NCBI GenBank assembly: GCA_964188305.1
Contig: OZ076892.1
Source: Podarcis bocagei
Lineage: Eukaryota
Direction: 5' to 3' (one strand)
DNA: 64,000 bases
In this document: in pieces, positions 38,078 to 50,998 of the stretch
How the letters are laid out: each line of letters opens with the position of its first letter
Position numbering within the stretch: the first letter of the stretch is position 1
Notes under the pieces: generated by a model
Seen by the model: the letters and a program-made list of their open reading frames with translations, nothing else
Told to the model about the DNA's origin: nothing
The model's database searches: none
Translations under genes and position numbers: made by a program

Positions 38078-40123
38078 ACCTAACCAGAAGCCCAGTAGTG
38101 AAGGTGGTTGTGTTGCCATGGAGAAGCTCCCCTCCTCATCCCTAAAGGGCAGCAAAACCAGAGAGAGGAAGGGGGCAAACAGGTGGGTAGATTCATTCAG
38201 GGGATTTGAGCTGGTACCAGCTGTGCTCTGTTTGAAGGCAGTTTTGCAAGAATCCAGTGCTACGAATGCCTGTGGGACAAGGTTGCTTGTTTGCCAGGCA
38301 TCTACAAACCTGCTCATAAAATCACAGACCTGCTGAGGAAAACAAACTCTGGCATTGCTTTTGCACATGTGTGAACTTCAAGGAGTTACTTCAAAGAGCC
38401 ATTGGGCTGTATCCAACTAAGTTATCCTTGGACTAGATAAGATTAATGGGCCTAACTTAGCCATGCTCATTCCTTTCAAGGGGTCTGCTCCAAGGAATGC
38501 TGGGCACAATTCATTGTGCTGAATGCCAACAGTTAGGTTGGAACAAGGCCTATAACCAGGTGGTTAATTGCCAAATTTCACAGCCTGGAGCCTTGTCTCT
38601 TCAGAGGCCCCATTCTTTGCCCAGAAATGCTAAAGTCTCTTAGAATATGATTTATGCTTGGAGTGGGCAACCAGTCACTCAGAAGAAGCACACAATATTC
38701 CGATTTGGTCTGAGTGAAAGGGCAGTCAAGGTAGATGCAGCTTAGCCCACAAACAGGAGTTTTCAATCCGGGGGTGCATGTTGTACTTTGGAAGCTTATC
38801 AGAAGATCAGTATTAATGGCAGAGAGGCTTCCTCACCACCACAACCACCCCTTTCTTGCAATGCATGATCAGATGGAAGTGTCAGGAGTGTTCTAGGTCA
38901 CCTGTTCAGTACATAATGGTCAACAGCATGGCCCTGGTGCCTGAGTGTGCACATGTCCCAGGATCCTTTACATCATGCAGGGCTTCTCAAGCAGACAAGC
39001 TGATGTCAAATAGGCCAGTTCCCTCAACGCAAAAAAGCGTGAAAACCAGAAGAGGTCCTCACACACTGGACATCTGTTTGAGAAAATATTTATTTAGCTG
39101 CCACAGAAGCCAAACCAAGGAGGAAACCCTGTAATCCCCCCTCTCTTTTATCAAACTAAAAGATTTAAAAGCCAGTCTTTTAGCCATTTTCTGCTTCAGA
39201 CAAACAGGTGGGATGCACAGATGGAGAAACATCTGGGCCAGATGGTAATTTAATGAGTTAGGCTCAACATATATAAAGCACAATAAGGCTAAATTGGCCA
39301 AGCAGGATTTGCAGCACAGAGTGCAGGGAGCAATCTGTTCGCTGGCAACAGCAGTGGACAAAAGACTCGAGATGGCTGTGGTGGCACCATCAAGACTGGC
39401 TCATGCACCCTGCTAAGCTGGCACCTGTCCCCCTAGACCCCAGTTGTGTAGAGGAGCTTGGATGCCACCAAGAAGCAATCACTTTAACAAACAAAAACCT
39501 TTAAAGAAAGGCCTAAGTTCCAGAGAACTCAGCCACTGCCATGCCCAGACAAGTCACAGGGCTCCAGTCTTAGGGAAACGGCAGGCAATGCAGCCAAGTT
39601 TTATAATGGTGCCTTGTAACATGCAGGAAACCGGTGGGCAATTCCTGAACTTCCATTTATGGGGAAATGAAGCAAGGAGAAAATTAATAGTGCTGTTAAA
39701 TAGCATGCACAGATTCTAATACAACTTGAGGCCTAGCAAAAGGAGGTGACTCATTCCCTTAGACATGCCTAATTTTCCTTTGTAAGGGCAGGGCATGCTG
39801 TGTTACTCCAATCTGTGCCAGAGGACATGACTCCAAAACCAGGGGAGGTTGACCTGGGTGGGTCCAAACAGTAACTTCCCCTGCTGTCAGTTTGGTGCTT
39901 AGGCACCTGAAGGCAAAGATGCTACTGTGGAAGAAGGAGCAGGGATCTCCTCTAGCACGGCTCTGTCCAGGTGGGGTGTTCTGCCCACACACTGAACAGC
40001 AAAGCTAGAGGCATCTGTAGATTGTGAAGGCTGGGTACCAAGCTGCCAAGGAACATCAATGCAGTTTGGCACTCTGCACTTAGTACAACCAGTTGTGGGT
40101 TTTATACCAGTAAATGAGCATTA

Positions 40124-40411
<288 letters not shown>

Positions 40412-41934
40412 TCAAGAGAAAGAGAAGCACCAGGGAGTGACATAGAAGGCAGGCATTGGCAACTGTGTGGACCGATGTCCAAGATGCTAGTGGGGATACT
40501 TTGAACTGATGGCTTTTTGAGCCCTTTCCCAGCTCTCCAATTCTAAATCCAGAGGGGATAGCAGAGGAAGAACGCCCTCAAAAGAAAGGAGGAGAGATTG
40601 AAAATCAGATTCACACAGAGGACTTGGAAGGATTGAGCGATGTGCCTAATAAAGGTAGAATAGTTTTAAGTGATCTTTTATTGCCCACCTGGCTAATTAT
40701 TCAGATTTTATTTTTTGCCCTTGTCCAACGGGTGTTTATAATAGCCTTATTGCCACAATGCCTTATCCTGGGAGTAGGGATTCCCTAGATGTTGTTGATC
40801 TCCCATCAGTTCCAGCCAGCTTGATTAGCAGGGATGGGAGCTATAGTCCAGAAACAACTGAAAAACCCTCAATTCTTCAGCCCTGTTGGCAGTGTGGGAG
40901 CTTTGCCAGCTTAATACAGCTCTCTTGCAAGGCAAAACAAACCAGAACACGCCTCAAAAAGGAATTCCCAACACGTGGGAAAGAATTGCCTCTGAAGCAG
41001 AATAGACCTACAGGAAACTAGAAACCCCTGGCTTGGCAAAGCACCACACGCCTTTGCTAACCTGGTGCCTTCCCTGGCTGAAGCTGATGAGAGTTGTAAT
41101 CCAAAATATATGTAGGGCACCAGGTTGTCATAGGCAGCAACAAAAGGTGCCAACTTAACCAGCTTCAACTCTGTCCTGATGGTGGCTGTGCCAAAAAGAC
41201 CACATTCCCAAAGGGGTAGCTGCATTCATGTGCAGCAACAAGGTGGCAAAGCTCTAGATGTCCTCAGAGATGAGCCAGCAAAGACTGGCTTCATCAGATG
41301 TCATCCACAAATCACAATGGCAGAAATGTGCTACTTACAAAGGTTCATGTCATGTGAGTCACTGCCCCTGGAAGAGGCAAGGGCAGCTCCAGGGAATCAA
41401 GCCCAAGTCTCGCTCACTGAAGAGAACTAGAATCAAGGTCTCCCTTCTGAGTGTGCTCCTAGAAGTTTTGTGGGTCCTACAGCCTTGCTCCAAGAAGTCA
41501 TGGCAGCACTCTACAGTCAAGCCAGAGTAAACAGTGGGGAGGAAGCACACTTCACGTAATTGCAAGTTCCACCACAGAACCATCAGAGCTGTGAAAACAG
41601 CCCAGGTCCTACTGGGCCATGCCCAACACCTTTAATTCAATAGCTGCTTGATTTGGCCTTGAAGGCCCAGGTTACGACCTCAACCCTTTGAGATTATGCG
41701 GATGCAGCTGTCTTTCACATCCCTTTGATCTCAAATTCCAGATCAGACATGCCTCTGGGCACAGGAAGAAAAAATGGAGGAGGAGAAGGGAGGAAAATGC
41801 CCTGGGGATTAGAAGCAGCAGGTTGTTGGGAAAATAGGTATTATGGGATTGTTACATCTGCTAAGGGCATTGTCAGCTGGTGGCAGAGTGGGATGACTAG
41901 GCTCCATTTGGGAACTCAAGCACCTGTTGCTGTG

Positions 41935-42092
41935 CTTGACAGAGATCCAAGGCTTCCTATCTCCATGCTTGGTGGCCTGCCTCTAAGCCTAACCTACCTC
42001 ATAGGGTGGTTGTGTGGATTAACTGAGGAGAACCATGTACACCACATAGAGCTCCTTGGTGAAAATGTGGGTTATAAATGCAATAAATAAAT
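41935..42092 (+). mobile_element. MIR-derived SINE (Squam3-like)
   Basis: AGCCTAACCTACCTCATAGGGTGGTTGTG core and (TAAA)n tail. Confidence 0.65.
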
Positions 42093-43042
42093 GAGAGTTC
42101 ACAGCCTGAAGAATCAAATATGATATAATAACTGTTCCTAACATTTACCTGGACTAATTTGGAAAGGAAAAATTATGTTTCCCCTTAGTCCAGGCCTCCT
42201 GGACCAAGCCAAAGTTTAGCCCTTAAAGCTTCTCTCTGAAAGTGCAAAAGGAAAGGCCATAGATGGGAGCTTGTTGCAGAAAAGGCTGGCATAGGAGGCA
42301 ACACTTCACAACACACATGGGGTTATTTCCACCTTAAGAGCTGAGGCTGGCACACGCCACAGCTTGCCCAAGGCCTCCCCGGGAACAGGGCTCCAACCGC
42401 CAAATTGCCCAAGCCCAAGGCCCAAACTGACAATAAAAAGCTGTGTGGGAAAACCCACATGAAAAAAAATGGAACAGGGAGCTCTAGGGCAGAGGGGAGC
42501 AGAATTCCTCTTTAAAGAGTTGGCTTGAAGAAGATGAGAAACCTCCTCCTCCTCCAGGAACAGAACCATGGAGAGGAAAAAGGCTCCAATGAGGCCATCT
42601 GAGGTAGCCCCTAAACTGGCTCATCTGGAGCTGCCTATGGCTCTAGGGCACAGGTGGCCAACTTCCAGCTCTGAGGCCTGATCTGCCCACCCTCAAGCTT
42701 CAAGCAATTTTTTCAGTCCCCAGCCAAAACCCCACCAACTTTGGCAGTGGGGTCAAAAGTGTGGGGAAGTGAAGCAGACACAGTGCTGGAACAGGCAATA
42801 CTCTGTGCTCAGGAACAGATGCAAATTGCCCCCTCCTTGGTCACCACAACATTAACAGAGGGGGCAATAAGCCCCCTTCTGCTGATCCAGAAAGATTTTC
42901 ATTTATGTAGGGCTGTAAGGTGGCGGTTTGTCCTGGATCCTAGGCAAGTCAATTGAACAATTGCATTTTGGGGCCTTTTTAGAACTCAACAACTTTCAGG
43001 GTGTCCTGGTTTTTACTTTTTGAAATATGGCAACCCTAATGT

Positions 43043-43250
43043 ATGTATTTGTTTAACATTTACAGTGCACCAAAGGATCTCGGGGTGGCATACATGGTTC
43101 TCCCCCTCCCCATGTTACCCTCACAACAACTCTGTAAGGTAGGTTAGGCTGAGAGACCGACTGACGCAAGGTTACCCAGCAAGTGTCTCATGGCTGCATG
43201 GGGATCTGAACCCTGGTCTCCCAGCTTAGTCCAACTCTCCAATCACTACA
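43043..43250 (-). mobile_element. MIR-derived SINE (Squam3-like)
   Basis: CCTCACAACAACTCTGTAAGGTAGGTTAGGCTGAGAGA reverse core. Confidence 0.7.
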
Positions 43251-45048
43251 GATGGGGCAGGGAAGGCTGTGTGTACATGAGAGTGTGCAGGGTGGCTACA
43301 CCCACCTCTGGCCCTCAGAGAGTGTGGCCAAGGGTGAATGTGGCCCTTGTGCCAAAAAAGGTTATGCTGGAAGTGCAATGATCCTGCCCCCTTTCTCAGT
43401 TGTTTAGGCTTGCTTCCTTCTGCAGCAGGTAAGGTGCGGCGGCGGGGAGGGTGTGTGTGCTTTCTCTGTGATACCATCCGCCAGGGAGTCTTGAGAATCA
43501 CAGAGGACTCTGTCCCCCACTCTGGGTGCAGTAAACAGTGCTCTGGACATTTTAAAGCTCTAGGGGCTCAAAGCAGCGTAAAGCAAAATTCCGCTTCCAA
43601 GTTTATTTTTTAACTGTGGGTCCATCGCAAAATATCCAATACTGAATACATGCGAACCACACATTGTCAACAGCAGGTTCAAGGGCCACATCCAAGGTAC
43701 AATTACAATTTCCTCCTGTGGCTCAGACTGGCTGAAACCTGCCAATATCCTGGTTCTATGCTTCCCCCCGCCTTTGCTTTTGAGAACAATCATGTTACTC
43801 ATTTCTGGCTTGTAAAGCAATGGACTAGTAAATCTGCAATGAGACAGCAATACTTTTATGTTGGGGGGGGTGCGGGAGGGAAGACTGTGGGGCCTGGAGC
43901 ATCTTTGGGGATGCCAAGCAGTGAGTCAGTGGCAGAGGCTACCTGCCCTGCTTATTTTCAGCTGCTTGTCTAGCTGGAAATGGTAGGGAGATGTGTGTTC
44001 TGGAATGGGGTACATGTGTGTTGGCAGCCAGGTGGCTCTCTGGGGGAAAGGGCAGCAGGTAAGATGTGAAAGCTGCCCCACATCTTAGCCTCTCCCCTAC
44101 ATCATCCCAGCCCTTTTGGGGCAATGCCGACATGACTCTCAAAGCTGAGCTTAGCACTTTGCTTCTGACTCAGCCCCCCTGGCAAAGTGGGAGGGTTCAT
44201 CAAAGCCATCGCAAAGTTGCTAAACGTGCAAGGATCAATGCTTTCCATGTCACTGGTGGGAGTGGCAAGATGTCTTTCGCCTGAAGGGCACACATGAGCC
44301 CTTCACACGCTCAAGCCAACACAAGTACAGGAAGGAAAAGGCAGGCCGAGGAGGTTTCCCCTTCAGCTCTTTGGGTGTTGCAGCCAGAAGAGCAGGTCCT
44401 CTTTATTCCCTCTCTCCCAGCTTCTTCTACCTGACAGGAGTCTGAGCCAGGGGCTTCCTGCTGGGACTTCCCAGGTGCCCTATACAAACTGCACAGAAAA
44501 GGTGCAGCATGAACTTTGAAAGGGTTGAAGACTTCCTCCTCCTGAAGCAACTGGGAGATTTTTTTATCCATCCATCACCTTATTTATGGGTCTTCCTGCC
44601 CAACCCCACAGTACTTTAAATAAGTGTTTGTTACTCATCCTGAGCCCTTAGGATGTTACTGGGCTAAAAATCTGAATTATTATGAATTGCACTGCACAAT
44701 GAGGAAAGGGAGCTGGCTCGCACCCAAATGCCTCCTTACACTTTGAGGGTGCCAAGGAATCCCGAGAAGAAACAGTGAAAAAATCCATCGGCCCAGAAAG
44801 CTGGTGGTGGATACTACTACTGTCCCACTTTCCTCGCCTCTGTCTCTATGAAAAAGAGGTGGGAGGCCTCTTTCAGCCTCCATTTAGCTCAAAATATATG
44901 CTACTCTGCAGTGAAGCTTCCAGGACAGTTTTCAAAAACAAGATAAAAAACCCACAACACATAAATACATGGGAAGAAGAATCCCATACCGCTGTTATGC
45001 TAGACTGCAAGAGGAGTTGGCTCTTGGATCAGGTTAAAGGCCTATATA

Positions 45049-45470
45049 CAGTGGTGCCTCGCAAGACGAAAAGAATCCGTTCCGCGAGTCTCTTCGTCTT
45101 GCGGTTTTTTCGTCTTGCGAAGCAAGCCCATTAGCGGCTTAGCGCTATTAGCGGCTTAGCGGATCAGCTGATAAGCAGTTTAGCGGCTTAGCGGATCAGC
45201 TGATAAGCGGCTTAGCGGATCAGCTGATAAGCGGCTTAGCGAATCAGCTGTTAAACGGCTTAGCAGCTTAGGATCAGCTGATAAGCGGCTTAGCGGCTTG
45301 GGGGAAAGGGGGGGGGGAGGAAAAAAAAACCGCAGGAACTCGCCAGACATTTTCGTCTTGCGAAGCAAGCCCATAGGAAATTTGTTTTGCGAAGCACCTC
45401 CAAAACGGAAAACCCTTTCGTCTAGCGGGTTTTCCGTCTTGCGAGGCATTCGTCTTGCGGGGTACCACTG
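45049..45470. mobile_element. Tigger/pogo-like MITE with internal tandem array
   Basis: TIRs CAGTGGTGCCTCGCAAGACGAA ... TTCGTCTTGCGGGGTACCACTG, TA TSD; same family as 398-732. Confidence 0.88.
45131..45298. repeat. Minisatellite, ~24-bp unit GCGGATCAGCTGATAAGCGGCTTA
   Basis: Five ATCAGCTG cores interleaved with GCGGCTTA subunits. Confidence 0.9.
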
Positions 45471-46399
45471 TAGTCAGGTATCCTGTTCTCATAGCAGCCA
45501 ACTAGATGCTTTTGATGAAATCCGCAAGCAAGCAAGTCTGACTGCAACAACTCTCCCTGCTTGTGATTCCCCGCAACTGGTATTCAGAGGCAGACTGCCT
45601 TCAACACTGGAGGTTAAAACACAGCCATCAGGATTACACGGTTACACCAGGACTGGAGGTATGGTGCAAGTGTGCTCCTTCCCTGCACTGCCCCTGGCTC
45701 AGACCAGCAAAATGGCCAAATTGGGGTGATGTTCTGAGAAAGTTCTCTCTCTGGTTGCCATCTGCCTTAACTGGTGAAGAGCCACTGAAGTTTGACTGTA
45801 CCAAGGCAAAAAGGTGGACTCCTTTTGCTCCAAGAAACCACAGCATCTCAGACCTCCCTGTGTGGCAATCTTGAGTTCAGCCTAGAATGTTCCTCTTTCC
45901 TTCTGCACTATCTGTACACAGCAGCTGATTAATTATGGACCCGGAGACATACATAGCATTCATCCAGCGCCCTGCTACCACTGCCAACACACAAGTATGG
46001 GGGCTACCTTGGAACGATTCCTCCAGGACACACTGTACAAAGGGATGAAGTAACAGGGAACACAATTCTGTTGAACACAGGATGCCACAGTGCTCGTTTC
46101 CTAAGAAGACAGCCAGGGACACTGGCTGCCAGCTTAATATTTGCATAGCATATCTGCCTGGCTTATACCAGATCACCTTGCTATTCTTCAGAAGGAAGCC
46201 AGTGAGAGATTGCTTTGTTTAAGGAATTAGTGGTGGCTTCTCCCAAAAGGAGGAGAACAGAGATGCTGCCAATGGACAGGAGAGGAAGTGAGAGTTGCTT
46301 GGAAGGACGATGTCCAAGCAAATTGCACAGACCAATATAACTGGCAATGAGACCAGGCCAATTCCAGTTTTCAGATGACCAAGAAGAATTCAGGGAAGA

Positions 46400-46580
46400 G
46401 CTGTGGCTCTGCGGTAGGGCACTTGCTTTGCATCTGCAAGGTTCCAGGTTCAACCCCCACATTCCCAGGTGGGGCTGGAAAGGAACAACTCCCTGCCTGA
46501 ACCCCTGGAGGGCTGCTGCCAGTCACTGTAGAGGCAATCCTTGGCTAGGTGACCCAATGGACTGACTCAGCATAAGACTA
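46400..46580 (+). mobile_element. Squam2-like SINE
   Basis: GCTGTGGCTCTGCGGTAGGGCACTTGCTTTGCATCTGCAAGGTTCCAGGTTCAACCCC head. Confidence 0.7.
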
Positions 46581-47245
46581 TGTACCTGCTGTCAGCTGAT
46601 GCTCTACTGTGCTCACATGCCCAGCATCTTCATGCTTAGTACCTTTCCAGAGAAACACTTAACTGTCTCCCAGCCACTTCTGGAGAACAAATGCCTCCTT
46701 CACCTGGGATAAGGAAAACAGCATTTGCTCAGCAGAGCCACTGAGCCGTGAAGCAGCATTTGAATTACTAGAGAGTCTGGGGTGTGAGGATACACACTTT
46801 TCTTTTATGTCAGCAACTTTAGCTGATTTTTAAAAACGTAACCCAGTGGACAGGGCTAAAACTGGAGGGAATCAGGTTGTGGGGCTTCTTGATTTTATTA
46901 ATGGCTGCCCCTCACTCCTCTTCTTCCAGTAAATTGAGTAGTGTTGTGAAACTCCACATCTCAACACACAAAAATGAAAAGTGGAAGCTGGTCAGAAGCA
47001 ACCTCTCAAACACCTCCCATTCCTAGGAGTGAGGGTGGGAAATCTTAGTGCCCCTAAACTAGAGGGGCTTTTGGCTTGATCCAGCCAGGCGATCTGCCAT
47101 TTTTTTAAATTCATGTCCAAGCAGCACAACTTTCCACAGACAAGGAGCTTGGTGTTGGCCGCTACATAATTAGTCTGGCTAGACAGCAAAAAGCTTCTAT
47201 TTTCATTCTCAGCAGAACACAAACAGCCAGATTCTGCCTGCTTAC

Positions 47246-47303
47246 CTTGGATAGCAGAAAGATAAACAAAGGAATCCTCATGCTCCAAATTTTCCAAAAA
47301 AAC
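47246..47303 (-). CDS. TANGO6: TANGO6 exon
   Basis: 58 nt; VFLENLEHEDSFVYLSAIQ(G); GTAAG donor. Confidence 0.93.
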
Positions 47304-48320
47304 CTGGAAGGATAAAGTCCAAGAATCACCCAACTTGCATTCAAGTAGGATAGTTTTCACAGCCTCAGTGCTGATGCCTTCCCAACAGAAGACAGTATCT
47401 CCTACATCCCTCATGTCACACACAAACCAAAAAATCCAGAGTTTTTGCTAACTGAAAACAGTCAGTGGTATAGCATCTGCTTTGCAGAAGGTGTCCCCAG
47501 GTTGAATCCCCAGTGGCATCTCCAAGTATTGCTGGGAGAGACTCCCAGCCTAAAACTGTGAGATGGACCAAGGGTCTGCCTTGTATAAGGTGGCTTCCTA
47601 TGTCAGCTTAACTGGCAGTTGACATCTAGGCAGGGAAGAAGGAATCCTGGAGGTTTTTGGAACCCATCATGGATTTGACTGTTTTGACAGAGGGAAGGGT
47701 CAGATGCCCATGGTTAGAACTGGCTTCCTCAACCAGAGTGGTGTCTCAGCCAGCATGTGGATGATGCCCAGCCATACCAGCCTGTGTTAACTCAAACTAG
47801 AAGTACCCCTGGCATGATGTACCAAGGGAAGAAAAGAGAGGGTCACACCCCACCAAAAAAGAGAAGGGTCTCCCTTACTTTTCAGGGCATTGAAGATTAC
47901 TATCTGTTGTAGGGCAAATGCTAGTGACTTAAAAATTAAACTTCCACATTACCCTCCCCCTGCGAAAAAAGGCATGCAGGTATCTACAAGTGGTTACAAT
48001 AGCTTTTGCCAACCCAGTGCCCTCTAGATTTGGACCACAACTCCCATCAGACCCAGCCAGAACAGCTGAGCTTGCTAGGGCTGATGGGAACTGTAGTCCA
48101 AAACATCTGGCACGCAGCAGATTGGCAAAGGTCAGGTTTACTTAAACCACCAGCAATAGCCTTGCCTATGCCAGGGTTTCAAAGTGAGTTCTTCCATGCA
48201 GAAACACCCTTAGTTAGACAGGCCATCACTAAAGGGAGTATAAAAGCAATGAAGGCGTGCGCACACTGCAGCCTCGTGGGTATTCTCAGAGGGTTGACAC
48301 AGTGTACTCTGAGTGTCTAC

Positions 48321-48833
48321 CTTCAGCAGCTTCTCTTGAATCTTCAGGGCTTCTGAGTCCCTCTGCTCTATCAAGCGGGAAAGACTACGCAAGGCAGCTG
48401 CTCGTGCTGGAATGTCTGGGTCATAAACTGATAGGAGAAGTTCTTGCAGGTCCTGAGATCCACAGCCTGGCTCTGCAACAGATTCCCCAGCCAGAGGCCC
48501 TTTTGGAGGGTTGGAAATGGGGTCTGTGCCTGAGCTGCTCTCCATGTGGTCCTGCGGCAGAGCCGCCTCAGGCTTGGAGGTCTCTCTATGGGGCCTTTTG
48601 GTGAGGCCTTGTCTTACGAGAGCTCTTGGTTTGAGTGCCACTCCTGCATCACTCTTGCCCAGGGTACTTTGTGCAGCAGAGCTGACTGTCTCCGTGGAAA
48701 AAGCTCCATGGGTGCAGATGGTGATACGCAAGTCGACAGCAAGCTCCTGGATGACAGGCTCTGGATGAACGTGGGAGAGATCCTCCAGCAGGGGCACCAG
48801 CCCCTTCAGGGAAGCAAAGTCGGCCGGTTTCAG
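48321..48833 (-). CDS. TANGO6: TANGO6 large exon
   Basis: 513 nt; LKPADFASLK...PVIQELAVDLRITICTHGAF...YDPDIPARAAALRSLS...QEKLLK. Confidence 0.94.
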
Positions 48834-50791
48834 CTGCAGAGAGATCATCAAGCATGTTAGTCCGGCCACAAAGACAGACAGAATCAGGGCTTCTCCTGAG
48901 AACTTTCCCCAGGGCTGAAGGGAGGCTGTGTCAGGGGAAGGAACTGTAGGAAGGAAGCCTTTGCTGTGGTTACCGTTATGGGCGTATATGAAGGATCTGG
49001 CAGGGGAGATAAGATCATGCCCCAAGCCTACAGGTGCAAAGAGCGGATGGGGTGGGAAAGGAGCCACTTTCTGGGACTCGTGCTAAGGGCTTTGGGGTAC
49101 ATCTCAGGTGGTGGATTGCAAAGTAGCTGAAGAGCGAGCCAGGATGGGCAGAATTCACAGTACATATGCTGGAAACTGTCCACTTGAAATCTGGACAACC
49201 CACTGCTGCACCCAGCATTGTTACCACACCAAGAACCATCTGCCCCTCCCCAACAACTTATTTTTAAGCAGCTTTTTAATGTGGCATTATTATAATAGTA
49301 TGTAGATTTCTGCAATTTGCCTTGCGTGTTAACCAGAGTGGAGGAAAATTATGTAAATAAGATCATCTTCATCACTCAAGGGTTTTCTGGAAACCACATC
49401 CGACTTCAGCAAGAGGTGGTGCAAGTTTTGCTAGGGCCAGTGTAAAAACACAGGCTATGGGAGAGGAAAGAATAAATTTATGTCTAGGACCAGACCCACC
49501 AGGCAGCGACTTTTAAAACTTCCACTGTCATCTAGCAACAACCATTCCATCAGGCTATGACAGAGGGACCCAGGGCCTGGCTCCACTGGCTCAGCTAAGA
49601 AGACAAGCCATCTCTAGGCTCTTTCCATTGCAGCTGGTTGTAAGAACTCTGTAACTAAGAACTAGTGCCTGAGTTTTGTTTTCCCTCCTCCTCCCTCCCA
49701 ATCCTTTTTCCTTTTCTGTAGTGCCTTTTACATTCACTGACATTTGTATGCTGTTATGGAAGAGTGTTTTTTTCTAAAGCGTGGGATAAAAATGCTTCAA
49801 AATAAATGAACAAAATTGAGGTTCTACCCCTTGCTCAACTTGTTTTCAACTCTGGTCAGAAACCAAAGTACCGTCCATCTACCCCTAGCCAATCTAAGAA
49901 CCAAATGGAGTTGAATAACGTCAGCTCAAAGCAGCCTGTTTTTTTGGTGGGGCTCCTGCCTACAGCCTCTTTGTAGGCCGACAGAAGCCAACTGGCACTT
50001 ACAGCCTTTATTCCCAGCCTTTTAGCCAAAATGGTTCTCAGAGCAACCTAAAAATATAAGTTCTGAGATGGTCCTTGCCTTCTGGTTCACAATCGAAAAA
50101 GACATGGCACATGAGGAAAAATGAAGAGGAGGGAGGAGGGAAAAATAAGCTCAAGCACAAGTTATTACAATCCTTGAAGTGACAGCTGATGGCACTGGCA
50201 GTTCTTAGGTACCTTACCCTTGATAAAGAGCAAATCCTTCCCTGAAACACTCTCTCTCCTCTGTGATCACACACAGGAATAAAGTTTGTGACAATGCCCA
50301 GGCCAAGAGGACAGGGCAGCTCCTGGAACATGGTTCTCCCTTCCCTCAAGACAGCTGACGTTGGCAGTTCAGATGCTCGCAGGAGAATTTGATAGCGTTG
50401 CTCAGTGACAGCTCTAGCCATCTCACCCTAACCAGAAGTGCTCTTCTCCTCCCACCCTGCCAAGGTCACATCCAGGAGCAGAACTTCCTGCATTCTGCCC
50501 CTTCCTCATGGAAAGAGAGTGCTTGCCCCAAAGGTACAAAGCACCTGACACGGGAGAAGTACTGCATCAGGCTCACTGTTCTCAGGTGGAGCCAGTTGTT
50601 TCTCAAACTGCCTTGAAAGGCTGGGTACTGGGTGGGAATCTGCTATGTGAGCTGTAATCTATTCCCACATTAGGCTCTAGCCAGCACTGTTGCCTCTCTC
50701 AATGAAGAAAACTGCAGGATGGCCACATCATGTGCCCTAAGCGTGTCTGACTCCTCGCTGTGGCTACACATATGATGGTCTCTCTCTGTCA

Positions 50792-50998
<207 letters not shown>

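Noticed and set aside
45131-45298. CRISPR-like look of palindromic repeats
   Set aside because: No unique spacers, eukaryotic context, lies inside a MITE
48834-49067. N-terminal part of the 285-aa ORF 48210-49067
   Set aside because: Intronic read-through upstream of the TANGO6 acceptor at 48835-48834
49183-49239. Peptide MVLGVVTMLGAAV..DF resembling the TANGO6 exon end [15 protein letters not shown]
   Set aside because: Short low-complexity similarity, no polypyrimidine tract or good donor; probably chance rather than a duplicated exon
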